DNA of 64,000 nt from Mustelus asterias (Eukaryota), in contig NC_135810.1 in NCBI RefSeq assembly GCF_964213995.1, positions 3,720,001 to 3,784,000 on the forward strand, read 5' to 3'. Of this stretch, positions 20,961 to 33,780 are shown in pieces. The notes under the pieces are model-generated. The model searched no databases. It was given only the letters and a program-made list of their open reading frames with translations, and was not told the DNA's origin. The position numbers and the translations under genes were made by a program. Each line of letters begins with the position of its first letter. Position 1 is the first letter of the stretch.

Positions 20961-23900
20961 CTAAACAAACCATTCTTCACTGAACAATATTTATCTCAAA
21001 TGTTACCGAACGGGTAGTAGAACTACCACTGAACAACCTGCAAGCATCAAGGAACTACCAATTTCTTCTTGTAGTCATATTGGCTTTCGAGCTATTGATG
21101 AGATACAACAACAAAAATAGATTTACCACAAGGCAAACACATAGCAAATGAAATAAGTTGGAAAGAGAGGACATTCCACGTGTAACTTTCCCTCATCACT
21201 GGACTGGATTGTAGCCATAAAGGGAAAGTAATTTAAAAATGGAAAAAAGAGTGGGAATAACAAAGCAGCGATTCAAGCTTGTTTTTTTAAATTTAATCCC
21301 CTTTAATTCTGTCCCCCTTCTTTCTCCGTGTTGACCTACGGTTCCCGGGTAGCAGTCGGTGTCTGTTCCAAATAGCTTTCCTTCACATTTAAGCCTAAAT
21401 ATTCAGAGTCAGCCAGGTGAAAGTTTATGGTATTTTACACGACATTAGAAAGCGATTAAAAAGTAGATTTATGGCAGATCAAGTTTCGTTTTACGAAGTA
21501 CCGAATGCCGCGCTAAATAATATTGCAAAAGGGTTTGGATTACAATTTAGGTATTAAATCATATTGTTTCTGTATTACAAAATGTTTCTATAGTGTAAAT
21601 CACAAATACATCAGGTTTGGCGAAGGATGTATTCCTTCGAAAGCTGAACTCCTATGTTGCTTTCTAAATGTAATCTTCACCTCTGATTATTTTCTAAAAT
21701 TAAAAAAATAAACTATAAAAGTGTTGTGAGAATGAATTGATGTGAGAGTTAGAATTAGAACATTTGCTTTCTGCTACCGATGAAATAGCCGCACTTCTTT
21801 GCAATAAGAAAAAGGTTGGGAGGAATTAGCATTGCAACTTCGATTCAGGCCATATAACGAAAAACACACAATGTATATTTTTAAAGATTACAATTGCTAT
21901 AGGAGAAAAAAGTTTAAATATACCACTTATTATAAAACAGGATGTTTCTCTTTGAGAAATCGGATGTAGCACTACTTTGAGCCTATGTTGTGTTTCTAAG
22001 TTACTCAATTATATTTACAAATGCAGTGTCATATGTCTTGATCATGGACATGCAAAGAGGGGGAAAAGAGGTTAGAAGGACTTATTGAGATCTCTTACTA
22101 AGATCGACACAAAAACACTTTATTTGATGAACTGAGAAAAGCGTTCCTTCTCACTCAGTCCAGTCTATCTTTGGAACGGACGTTTATTTCCCCCCCCCCA
22201 ACATCTTGAAACCAGGATACAGTTACAGTAAGCACTCAGCTCGAGAATGTCGAAGACATTTCTCGAAATACCAGATTCACATCCCAGCTTGTCAGCAAAT
22301 GCCAAGAATGAGGCAGGACACCGTTAGATAGAACCGCCACTATAGGTGGCGGGACTTCAATCCCTGCGCATATTTTTATATATTAAAAAAATCTCCCAAG
22401 AACAAACAATTTAAAAAGTGCAATTTGCTGGACCAATGTTTAAAATTGTGACCTCCATTTCACAAGCTAATTTCGGCTGAATTTGTGAAACGACCTAACG
22501 CGCACTGAATAATGTCATTTCAAAAGACAGGATATTTATTGATTTGAAAATTGTACAGATTGTCGTCCTTAGGCTGCTTGAATGATATTTTTGGCTTAGC
22601 TCCAGTAGGGGCTGAGAAGCGAACATTAACCGGGTAAATGTTACCAGGGTGGGGATAGGTCCTAATAATAACATTGATTTCGTTTGTGTTTTTTGGGGAC
22701 TGCAATATATCACTCGCTAATCGGAGATTATATCCTTGCTGTTACAAAGCGAAATGGTTAGAAACAGCGATATGACCAGAAATGTTCGAGCAACTTGATG
22801 AACTTGTTAAAATATCACGCTTTCCTAAAAATAAATATAAGACTGGTCGTCAAAACCACAGCGAAGAAAGAATATTGTGGATTAAATGTTGATTCTAAAA
22901 ACGGTGACAAGAAGCACGGCACAGGTTAAGGACACGAAACAGTGAGTGGAGTGTGACTGGACCTCGCCGTTCCCCGAGTGTCATTGGATCATAGTCCCTT
23001 GTCCCGTCAGTGTTAGTACATTTCATTTCAAATTGAATAGAAATGAACTCGTTCTAAAAAAAACCCACACGAAAATAACTGCCATGATTTAGCCATCCAA
23101 CGAAAGAATATAATAGTGAATGATTTAACGCACATGTATTTTTTAAAGGCGCAAAACCTTCACTTGACAGTTACTTGGCGAACAGAGCAGCCTTTTCAGA
23201 AAATTCGTTTGATCCTTAAAATAAATACAAAATTCAAAATAAATATATTAGGTGGAAACTGAAACTCCGGCGCGGGTTACAATAATAATCCTCCACACTC
23301 AAAAATGTGGTGCACGCCAGTTGTCTATTATTTACTGAGCCACTGGAAACTATATAAGCGGTCAGTGTCCATTCAGAACTCTGTGTCCGGCTCATAATGT
23401 TAAAATCTCGGAAATGAGGAAGATTTTTTTGATCGACCATTATGAGCAAAGGTAAGAATCCAGGTAGTTTTTTTTTTAAATTTTGCAATAGATTTGATTT
23501 CATACAATTGCAGACACGAACAAGCGGTGTCTGCACATTGTCCAATGCTAACAATATAAGGGATTATGTTTGCTGGTGTGCAGCCGTCATTCGGGTTGGA
23601 TTCCAGCTCTCCAGTGAAGAACTATAGTTCGAACCTAAGCAGCGATCCCAACAATTCGGCCAAGCGGGTTATTATTAAACGCTGGAGCAACACAATGGAT
23701 AGCCTCAGTATTTCAAGGTCAAATTAATCCCGAAGTTTGAGGGGTGCGGAAGAAGCAAGGGAAAAGGCTCCAATTTCAGCTAATTACTAATTTGTAATCT
23801 GTACAAGCGTGTGATGGTTCCCAATAAATGTTCCTTCGGTGTGGTTAAAATGTAAGCTCGTCACAAAATGTATTACCTCTTACAAAATGTGCTCTGTGCG

Positions 23901-26900
23901 GTTATTCTGTCGTATTCACACAGCGTACATTCTTTAGATCTGTATTAACCACCCCCCCCCCTCCCCGCAACAAAACTATTGTGAAAGTGCACATGACAAT
24001 CAAAGGGTTAAATTAGAGGCAACACGCTGGGGAATGTGACACCTTGTGAAATGTCCAGAATGGGGAACAACGTTACACAATTTCAAAACACGATTTTGTA
24101 TAATATATGTGTGTACGTTTTGTGTGATTTGCGGCACCGATGCGTTAGAGCTGAACATGGACCTGTTGCACAAATCGTTACTTTCAGAGTAACGTGTCCC
24201 CCCACACCAGGGCAGCAGATTACCAAGTGCTGCGGTACAGGAATTGCCAAGACTTGTACTGAATGTGCACAGCAGTGGAAATAGTGCATCCGTGCATCTG
24301 ACGCTTTTGGGTTGTGTGTCTAGGAGTCTGGTGACAAAATCTGAAGTTTAACATAAGTGGTCTATCATTTGGTGTTCCTAAGAAAATACAAATACGGGGG
24401 CGCTGGTGGAGGGGGTCAAAAATCTGAAACATCCGCGCCAAGAGATTGTTTAATTTGATAATACTTTTGGATAAAAGTAAAGCTCCACCAAACATCCAAA
24501 TTCCTCCGAATCGGTATTCACCTCCACCGATATAGCTTCTGCATTCACTTTCTATCACGGATCAATATCATAACAGCGTGTGTCAGAAATGAGCAGATAT
24601 CTGGGCACGGTATGGGGCAAGTCCTCTGACCCTTACTGTCGTTCTTAAATCATCGTCATCACCAGATTCGCCATCAGCGTTATCCAGAACACCTTCAATC
24701 TTCAGAATTATCTCCCCACATCTTCATTCCCACCCCCCCCCCCCGCCCCCACCCCCTCTCTCTGTGTAGTTGGACTGACAGAAGGAATAGTGGGCCACCT
24801 TCCCCTCCTTTTGAAGACAAAACCGAGTATTTTTCTTAAGTCAACACTGAATAATATTTTTCCCCAGTCGAGCCTCTGTCACATTTTAATTACTGAGTGG
24901 CGATTGTGTAATAGACCAGTCAAAGAGATTAATCTATCTTCCAATGAAATAATTTGTACCCTAACGAACACAAGCTTGTGATCATTTTAATTGGAGAAAC
25001 TTAAGTAACCAAATTACTCCTACTCACCCACTTTGATCGACATAAATGCAATGTTAAACCATTAATATAAACAGGATGTACTATTGCTAATCCCCTAATA
25101 AATGCGCTGATTAGTTTATTATTAATTTAACTCAGGAGGTAAAAACGCGCAGCGCTGGAAAATAGGAATACTGAAGAGTGTTCCTCAAACGCTGCACACG
25201 CACTAGAGTGTGGTTCGATTTTTAAAGATTGTTAGAATGTCATAACTTTGCCCTCAATCTTGCCAATTGTGACCAGTAATGTGCTCGACTTTGAAATCAC
25301 TTTCCAATTTGGTTGTGACTGGTTTTATGCTTTAGGACTTTTGGTATTTGTAAATTGCGTTTTCCCCATTTATCAAGTACCATGGCCCTGTGTGCATCTA
25401 GTTTTACGAAACAATAGATGTGCAATAAGCCTGTGTCCCGTGTCTTGCCGCCTCCGCTTTGTCCAGAGCGCTGATACACGGAGATTCCATTTCCCTGACC
25501 GCTCAAGAGGCACTTCCACAGTTTCGCCGCCACCCCCACCCTCTTCCCAACAATACGAAACGATGTTTTCACCGACAGTACAGACTTTCCTTACTCTTAA
25601 ACTTCAATATCCTTATAGGACACAAAAGAGAGCGGCGCAGTGGACAGCACAACTTCATTCACGGTTCAGCAAACAACGCTTTCAGTTGCGTTAACCGGCC
25701 CTTCAAAACACATGACAGTGTTTAGGGGTCTTTTCTGAAAATGTATTCTTGAAGGTAGAACTCGTTTGGAATTGATACCTTTGGAGCGCCCTATTTCTTG
25801 CCTGCAACACTCTCTCACTAATTTATGGCAGAATGCAGTGCTTTCAATCACAGAACATAAACACATCCACTCCAACCCACAGCATCAGTTGTGGCCCTTA
25901 CTGTAACGTTATCGTGCTATTGTTAAGCATTAATAGCAGGGTCAATTGAATTATCTCTTAAAATTGTCTTATAACTTTGAATGGTACCATAAAATCTGCC
26001 GATTCGAGCGCTACAATTGAATGTTTATTGGGGCAGCTTTATAATTTATGAGCTGCCATTTCGAGTGACAGGGACTTGCTATATCCCCCTGTAATTATCA
26101 ATACAGCAGTCACTGTGCCCTCAGGTGGGTCTCTATCTGTAATTTATAGACCATTTAACGGTCTCTTTATAAGATTATATCATAACGTTGTTCCAGGGTT
26201 ATCATCACTGCTGACTTTGCGGTGTTATGATACACATTTCAGCTGGAAAACGCTGTATCAGTGGACACTGTCCGCTGTCCATTTACACTAAAACCTTACT
26301 CATGAACATATATACACCATAGGCGCGTGTATATATTTAATAATAACAGTAACGGCATCGATAGACGCAGACCATTGTAATAGATATCATGACATTTATA
26401 ACCCTATTCATGTTGGTTGCTGGTGTTTTGAACTGTGAGGCTGGAAATATCAGGTTAACAGCCCCTTCTGAAATTGTCTTTTAAACCTCAGTTTGCCTTT
26501 TGTCAAGGTTCCAAAACATATTTCGCCAATAAACACGAGGGCAGACACGCCGGACCGCTCTCATTTGTAAATGTTTAATGGAATCAGAAGTCTGGATACT
26601 TACATTTTTCCAGCACTTCAAGATCCCCTTGGCGTGTTTTCAAAATATTTATTGGGTGGCGGTGGGAGGATGGCGAGACGCGAGAAGTTTTATCTTACAA
26701 TGGGGGTGGAATTCGCTTTTTGAGTCACCCCCACTGGAGCTGGATCGGTAGCGGAAACGCAACAAGGGTGGAAAAAGGGGGGATCTGCACTGACTGCGGG
26801 AGGAGAGTGTTTAATGTTGTTTCATGGGAAGTTCCAGATTGTAAACAATGACCCAGAATAGGGTCCGAGTGACGCAAAGTCAAGTTCAAGTTCTTTGTAC

Positions 26901-28204
26901 TTTTTTTTTCTAAAATAAAAGGCGTTGCTTTGCCCGGATTTGAGGCTCAGTTAACACCAGCACCAAGTTTCTTATTTTATTCCCAAATCTACCGTGTCGC
27001 GATTTACTGCCTTGGTTGTTTTTTAAAAGTTATTATTCAGTCTTGTTAAAACTGTACCGAAGCCGGTTTTAGCTAACTCAGCCTGGTAGATAGTTCCGAG
27101 TGCATTGCACACTCACAGAGTCAAGTTTATCCTTCTCTCCTGTGTCTATTTTTGAATTGACGGTGGAACAGTGTGCATGGCTTTAAAACTTAACTTCGTT
27201 TCAGCTGACAAGACTGGCTTGGTCACGAACCCTAATGGCGTAAAGCAGCCGCAAGAGTGTCGTGTTTCATTATGAGCTATTCGCCAAGAAGTAACAAGAA
27301 TACTTTCGCGTGTATGTTTTATACATATATATCTGCCGCAACCTTCTACCGTCGCAATGGGTTTGTCGATTGCCCGTTTGATTTTTCTCTCTGTTCGAGC
27401 AGGTTTGGACATAATCTCCCCACCCCTCCCCCTTCGTATTTTCGATTTCAGAACAAGTATCAGATTCAGTTCTCAACCCGATTTTTTTAGGGAATTCATA
27501 ACCGCCCCCGTCCCGGTACCTTGGACTCAAATATTGTCTCGCAGCCATTCAAAAACGCAGAAGAAAACACCTCACACATGTCTGCTGTGTGACTGCGCGC
27601 GGTAATGAATTCCACCTCTACTTCCAGAGAATTGGGGACATTTTTTGAGTTTTACTAATCCCATACGCAGTAACTAATTAACATCGATTACTCGCCTCCC
27701 CCCTCCCCACCGCCCCCCCCACATCGATGAATCCACCTTGGTAGGTTTAACATCACTAAGCTGTTTCATTAACTTCGCCGCTCTACCTTCAGCTCAGAAA
27801 AGTCACCCAACCCAAAACATCTGATGTATCCGTTCCGAAACGTCTCAGGCGAACCATCTGCCAATCACTGCTGTGAAAGATGTGCCCGGATATTTACTCT
27901 GCCGGTCACCTCACCAAGGAAGCAATGGTGAAAAATCAAATCTGTTTCAAATATCGTATAAAGGTGTACTTATTGACTTTGCTTCTCAGTGTGTTCAGGA
28001 CCCTTCAGGAAAACCACTAGACTATTTTCATGCTGTTCTCTCTTCGCAACCCCCGCCCACCTCCCCCATTCCTACACCACCCACAAACAAAACCACTAAA
28101 TTATTGTTAAGAGAATTTGACCCAGATAAATCCAACCGCTATGACAGCAAGGAATTGTTTGGGACTTAAATAATAACCATCTCTCAAGTCCACTTACAAC
28201 ATAT

Positions 28205-28217
28205 TTTATTATTTATT
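28205..28217 (-). terminator. Tandem polyadenylation signals for Zic2
   Basis: Two minus-strand AATAAA (28212-28217, 28205-28210) ending a ~1 kb AU-rich 3' UTR. Confidence 0.55.
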
Positions 28218-29189
28218 TGCATCTTGTTAATGATCTCAGGACATGGCACACGAAAGGAGAAAAAACGTTTGTTTTTTTAAATCTAGAAATTAAAACAAAA
28301 ACAATCTGACCAATCTCATGTTTAACTCACAATTGTACATATTTATAGTTAAGAAACATTCTTTATAAATATTGTTTCATGTGTAGCAAGTTAATACCAT
28401 AATTTAATTACAAATGGGATAAATATGGTAATTTACAGAATGAGTATTGTTACAAAAATTAACGGCACAACCTTTTTTTTTCCACAATCTTCCAATGGTG
28501 TTTCACAATCCAAACCGGCAAAGCACAAAACATCACAAGTTTAAAAACCCAGCTAACAAGGAAAGAAAATACATTCACAAGCAATTATTTGCGTTTTTTT
28601 AAATGTGTGTGTACGTGTGTGTGTTTGTGAACTGCAAGTTGACTTTGGCACAGTTTCCACTCTATTTATGATTGCATGAAGATTCTACAATCGGTCGTCC
28701 TGGAAATAGGTGACATAAATTTCAGCATTTAAAACACAACGACAAAGGTAATCATTCTCTCTGCCCTTTTCACGGTTCCATTTATTTATTTTTTGTTGTG
28801 TGTGTGCACGGTCCAGAAATGTCACCTCAGGATAAGATGTCCACAGCCACCGCAGAATGAACGCTTCATGCACTCGAGGGTCCCAGGTGCGTTGGTTCTC
28901 CCATGTTCCAGGTTGCAAAAAGTAGCGAAAAGATTTGTTCAGTAAGACATAAATAATGCTAATTTTCACTCCTGCGAAATCTCCGGAACTCGATATTGCT
29001 TGTACGGTGCTACTGTTTATCCCTTCACAGATTGTTGTTTAGAGAAAGTTTGTTTTATTTTGTTTTAAATTTTTGTTTCTGATCTGAAGTTAGCCCAGTC
29101 GCCGATCTCCCAGGTTTGGGGCCAATTTGTAGTCTTTTGATGCTTTGTTTATTTTTTTTATTTCTTCTTCATTCTTTTGACTTCTTTTT

Positions 29190-29375
29190 TTAAACGTACC
29201 ACTCGTTGAAGTTGGAAGAAATGCCGGCGTTAGTGTGCACCGCGGACGAAGCGGGGGATAAATTATTGCTGTTCTGGGGGTCGTTGGACGGCGAAACCAG
29301 GACGGGGGGAGTCGACGATTCGTAGCCAGAGCTGGCAGCCGGCGAGGACTCGGAACCTTGTGTGGATTCGTGGAC
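29190..29375 (-). CDS. ZIC2: Zic2 exon 3 (last His of ZF5 and Ser-rich C-terminus)
   Basis: Acceptor cacacag|GTC; [30 protein letters not shown]...SSNFNEWYV then TAA; 186 nt, phase 0. Confidence 0.96.
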   Translation of the reverse strand, partial: VHESTQGSESSPAASSGYESSTPPVLVSPSNDPQNSNNLSPASSAVHTNAGISSNFNEWYV

Positions 29376-29453
29376 CTGTGTGGTGGGGGAGGAGAAAGAA
29401 AAATCAGAGAAAAGATGGGGATGGGTTGGGGGGGGAGAGAAAAATCCCAATTA

Positions 29454-29762
<309 letters not shown>

Positions 29763-31802
29763 TCAGTCAAGCAAAAGCACAAATCCTTCAATCTTCCGCC
29801 GCTCGATTATGACCAGATTCCACACTCCTCAAAACACCTGGATTCAAACACTTTAAAAACACACCGGCCAGTTCACCATGGTGTTTACAACCCGTCTTGA
29901 CATTGTTAACCACAAATCCTCTCCCCCCACCAAAACAAAATACATGAACACACACAAAATATATTTCAAAATGAGCCACACTGAATATAAAGTGGACGGA
30001 AATGCGCTTGACAAAATTGATTTAGGTTGGAGTGATTAATGTGAATGCGCCAAGTACTTGCTTTCTTAAGTCCTGTGTTGTTCGGGGGTCCCTTTCTCTG
30101 AATGGAAGTGGTCGCATTAAAAAGATTCGCAGCTGCCTCCCTCAGTCGATGGCAACACACGGAAAGGAAATAGTCCATCGCGTTTACACAATGGCCGAAT
30201 GTAATTAAAGAGCTCGCTTAGACTTGCAGAATTGAAGTGTATTAAATTAATTGATCCACGCGGTTTCTAGAAATAAAATAGCCGAACAATGATGAAGCCA
30301 CACAAGCCCCAATTTAGCGCCATCGATAGCCACGCAGAGGGATTTTTTTTTAACAGTCCCCGGATAATTACAAATGAACTGATTTACAGGAATGCACTCT
30401 CTTGTTTTTTTAAAAAAAAAAGTCAATTGTATCGGAAACACTGGAAATGTCCCATCCCAACTTTGCATTTACTGAGCGGCGGAACTAGGTGAAAATGACA
30501 CAAGGATCCCGCTGAATGCGGGGAGGGGGGAGACAATGTAACATTACCACCATTAGCATTTAAATTGTTTCCGAAAAGATATGTAAACCGCCTCGAAATC
30601 TGAAGGATACCTACTCCGAGCAAATAAATTTCGCAGTTGAAAACCTTGTTAAAGACTCGTCTGGCACCTATGACTAATCATACACTTGAATGAACAATGG
30701 CTTTCATCCTGTTACCACGCTCAGAGAAGCAAATAGTTATTGTGTGTCTGTGTGTGTGTGTTTTATATTTTTAAAAATCTTATTAATTAATTACCGCTTT
30801 TGTTTTTTTTTAATTCCCTTTGAAGAACCAGCGCTAAGAGAGAACACAAACACGATGGTAAATAATGAATGTTGCACGCGTGGACCTCAAAGCTTCATTT
30901 CTCAAACTTGCTGCCACGTTTTACACACTGGAGCCTCTGTCCTTACATTGCATCTTGACCCATATTCAAAGTTTATGCTCCAAAGAAAGGCGAGCGCTGA
31001 TGACATAATTCTACACACACACAGGAGGAATATTATGCAATAACAGCATAAATTGTAAGGCACAGCTGTTGTGGTTGAATAACGCTCTCTGCTATCTAAC
31101 TGTGTGTGTGTGTGTGTGTTTATCTTTTAAAACTTGTAGCCCCAGGCAAACATCGCAACGCGATTTCCAAATATTTTAAGGTATTCCACACGCCAAACAT
31201 TTCAATTCGATCGCCCATCGCAAGGCCAGGGATGAGCAGAGTTTGTGAGATGTGTATTGTTTCTGAAATCGCCACCAACAGCAATTATTATTATTGTTTT
31301 TAACCATTTAACCTGATTCAATTTCCTAAGGATTAAAGAGCATTCTGAAAACGGACCGAGTATTAAAATGTGTCAAATAATTTACAGATTATTCATTCGC
31401 CGTGTACCCCACGTTCTTTTAGCAAGTATTTAAATTATACCCGGCCTTGTTCCGAGACCAAGAAGCAGCGGCGAGTGGAGATTTCTCAAACGGTTCATTT
31501 ACAACGTGTCTGGGGGGAAAGTTTAATTTTTCATTGTCAGGGTAATCTTATTTTCAGTGTCTTTATATATATATTTTTTTCATTGAGATGAGAGCGGAAA
31601 CATAAATACGATTGAGGGTGAGATGTGTAAGGAATTGAGCTGTGTGGACAGAGGGAGGCATTCGGCGCTCTGTAAGAACCGGTCAACACAAACCGCGGAT
31701 CCGCAGGGTCTAGCGGGATGGTTGGGGGGAGAGGGAAGAGGGAAGGGGGGGGGGGGGGGGATGGTGGAGAAAGTCTCAGGAAATGTTGTCTATTTTTTTT
31801 AC

Positions 31803-32805
31803 CTGTATGGGTGCGTTTGTGGATCTTTAAGTTCTCCGACCTGGCGAAAACTTTCCCGCATCCCGGGAAGGGGCAGGGGAAAGGTTTCTCCCCCGTGTGG
31901 ACCCTGATGTGATTCACCAGTTTGTACTTGGCTTTGAAGGGTTTTCCCTCCCGGCCGCACTCCTCCCAGAAGCAGATATGGTTTGTCTGCTCGGGTCCGC
32001 CGACATGTTCCACTGTAACGTGGGTGACTAGCTCATGCATGGTGCTGAAGGTTTTGTTACAGGACTTTTTGGGGTTCTGCATCTGCTCCGGGTCGACCCA
32101 CTTGCAGATGAGTTCCTGTTTGATGGGCTGCCTCATGTATCTGAAGAAGGCTCCGGGACCATGGTGAGCTGCCATGTTCATGCTCATGTTCATATTCATG
32201 TGGCCATAGTTGTGGTGGTGATGGAGTTGTGCCGCCGAGTAAGGGTCAGTCCTCGGACACTGGTCGGAGCGCCCGAACATTTCCCCGGGCAGTCCCAGCC
32301 GCATCTGGCCGTTCAGGACGTGCGCGTTTGGGGAAGTGTGGGTCCCTCCTTGCTCATGGATGCCCGGGAATAGGAGGTGTCCCGGCGTGTCCGAGTGAGG
32401 GTGGTGGAGGGCTCCCGGGTTGCCCCCGAAGATGCCGTGCTGCCCGGAGCCGGGGCTTGAGTCTCCGAAGCCGCGGCTGCGGAACAGAAAGTCCCGGGTG
32501 GAGTTGAAAGCGGCGCCCGAGTAAGAGCTGACATGGGCGGCGTGGGGGGCCAGGGCGGCCGCGTAGCCCGGGCCAGCCGCCGCCTGCGAGCTGAAAGCCG
32601 AGCTCTGGCCGGGAGACGAGAGGTCGTGGTGGACGCTGCCGTTCAGTTTGAAAGCCCCCATGTGCGGCGGGTCGGCGAAGCTGTTTTGGGACAAGCCCAG
32701 GTCCCGCTCCGATAGCTCTGCGCTCGAGTGGTGGTGATGGTGATGGTGCCGCCCGAAGGTGCCCACCCCCAGGGTGGGAAACTGGGGTCCCGCGTCCAGC
32801 AACAT
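31803..32805 (-). CDS. ZIC2: Zic2 exon 1 (N-terminus, ZOC, ZF-NC, ZF1-ZF3)
   Basis: Starts [10 protein letters not shown]; ZOC motif [13 protein letters not shown]; Zic2-type [12 protein letters not shown] and [11 protein letters not shown]; donor ACAG|gtaaaa, phase 1. Spliced product 450 aa. Confidence 0.95.
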
Positions 32806-32859
32806 GCTTCTCAAAGCAGGGGAGAGGACAAACAGATCTCCCCCCACCCCCACGCAGAG

Positions 32860-33005
32860 CAACACACACACACAGACTCAGACACAGAGAGACACACACA
32901 GACTCAGGCAGAGAGAGAGACACACACACAGGGACTCAGACACAGAGACAGATACACACTCACACACAGACTCAGGCAGAGAGAGACACAAACACACACA
33001 CACAG
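32860..33005. repeat. Compound (CA)/(GA) microsatellite in the Zic2 5' leader
   Basis: Repeated acacacacagactcag(g/a)caga(ga)n modules. Confidence 0.85.
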
Positions 33006-33099
33006 ACGGGGAACAGCAGCAACTTCAGAGACGCCCTCTTCTTCCCCCTCTTGTTGTTGTTTCTTGCTGGTTCCTGCAGAAGCCACAACGCACCAGTCA

Positions 33100-33780
33100 T
33101 GAATTCAAGAACTCAACTCCAACGATCCGCCTCGCTCTCTCAGTAGCTTCGACTCTTCCTGGGCAACTCAACACACGGCTGACAAATTGGTCGAGCTAAG
33201 TTACGGCTGTAACTTTCTTTTTAGCCCCCTGAAAACAGTTTTGATTGCAATCACGTAGAAGTTTCTTCCCCCCCCCCCCCCCCACCCTCTCTCTCTGTGG
33301 CAGCGTGAATTCCCACGGAGCAACCGTCTTCTTTGAAGCTTCTTCTTCTTCTCTCTCTCTCTCCCTCTCTCTGTGTCTGCCTCTCTCTCTGTCGTGTTGT
33401 TTTTCTCTCTCTCGCACGATGCAGTGTAGCCAGCGATAGCGGTAATCAGAAAGGCAGTGAAATGAGAACAGATAAGAGCATCCTTAGGATGGATGTGTGG
33501 GGAGGGAGGAGGGAGAGGAGGAGGAGGGGGTTGGTGGGGAGGGGGGGTGGGGGTTGTTGGGGGGGGGGGGGGACCTTAAGCTGGTCCCGCTCCTGTCATA
33601 TGATGCAGAGTGCGATGTCTGAATGGACTGACGGCGCCTCTCTCAACACCCCTTTTAAACAGGACAGTGGGCACTTTGCAATGGCTTGTCATTGGACAAC
33701 TCCGCCTCATCCATCCCAGGTAGCCTGCTTCAAACCCATCGCCATTTTTCATTAATTACGCCTACTTTGATTTTTTTCCC
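33100..33780 (-). promoter_or_regulatory. Zic2 promoter-proximal region
   Basis: Immediately upstream of the Zic2 leader; minus-strand CCAAT at 33186-33190, CT tracts, G/C runs and CpG retention. Confidence 0.5.

Noticed and set aside
31537-32871. 444-aa ORF as a single-exon protein
   Set aside because: It is Zic2 exon 1 plus read-through into intron 1 and 22 upstream microsatellite-derived codons. Canonical splice sites give the full five-finger protein.
32035-33199. Antisense and alternative-frame ORFs over Zic2 exon 1 and leader
   Set aside because: Explained by GC-rich codon usage and dinucleotide repeats lacking stops.
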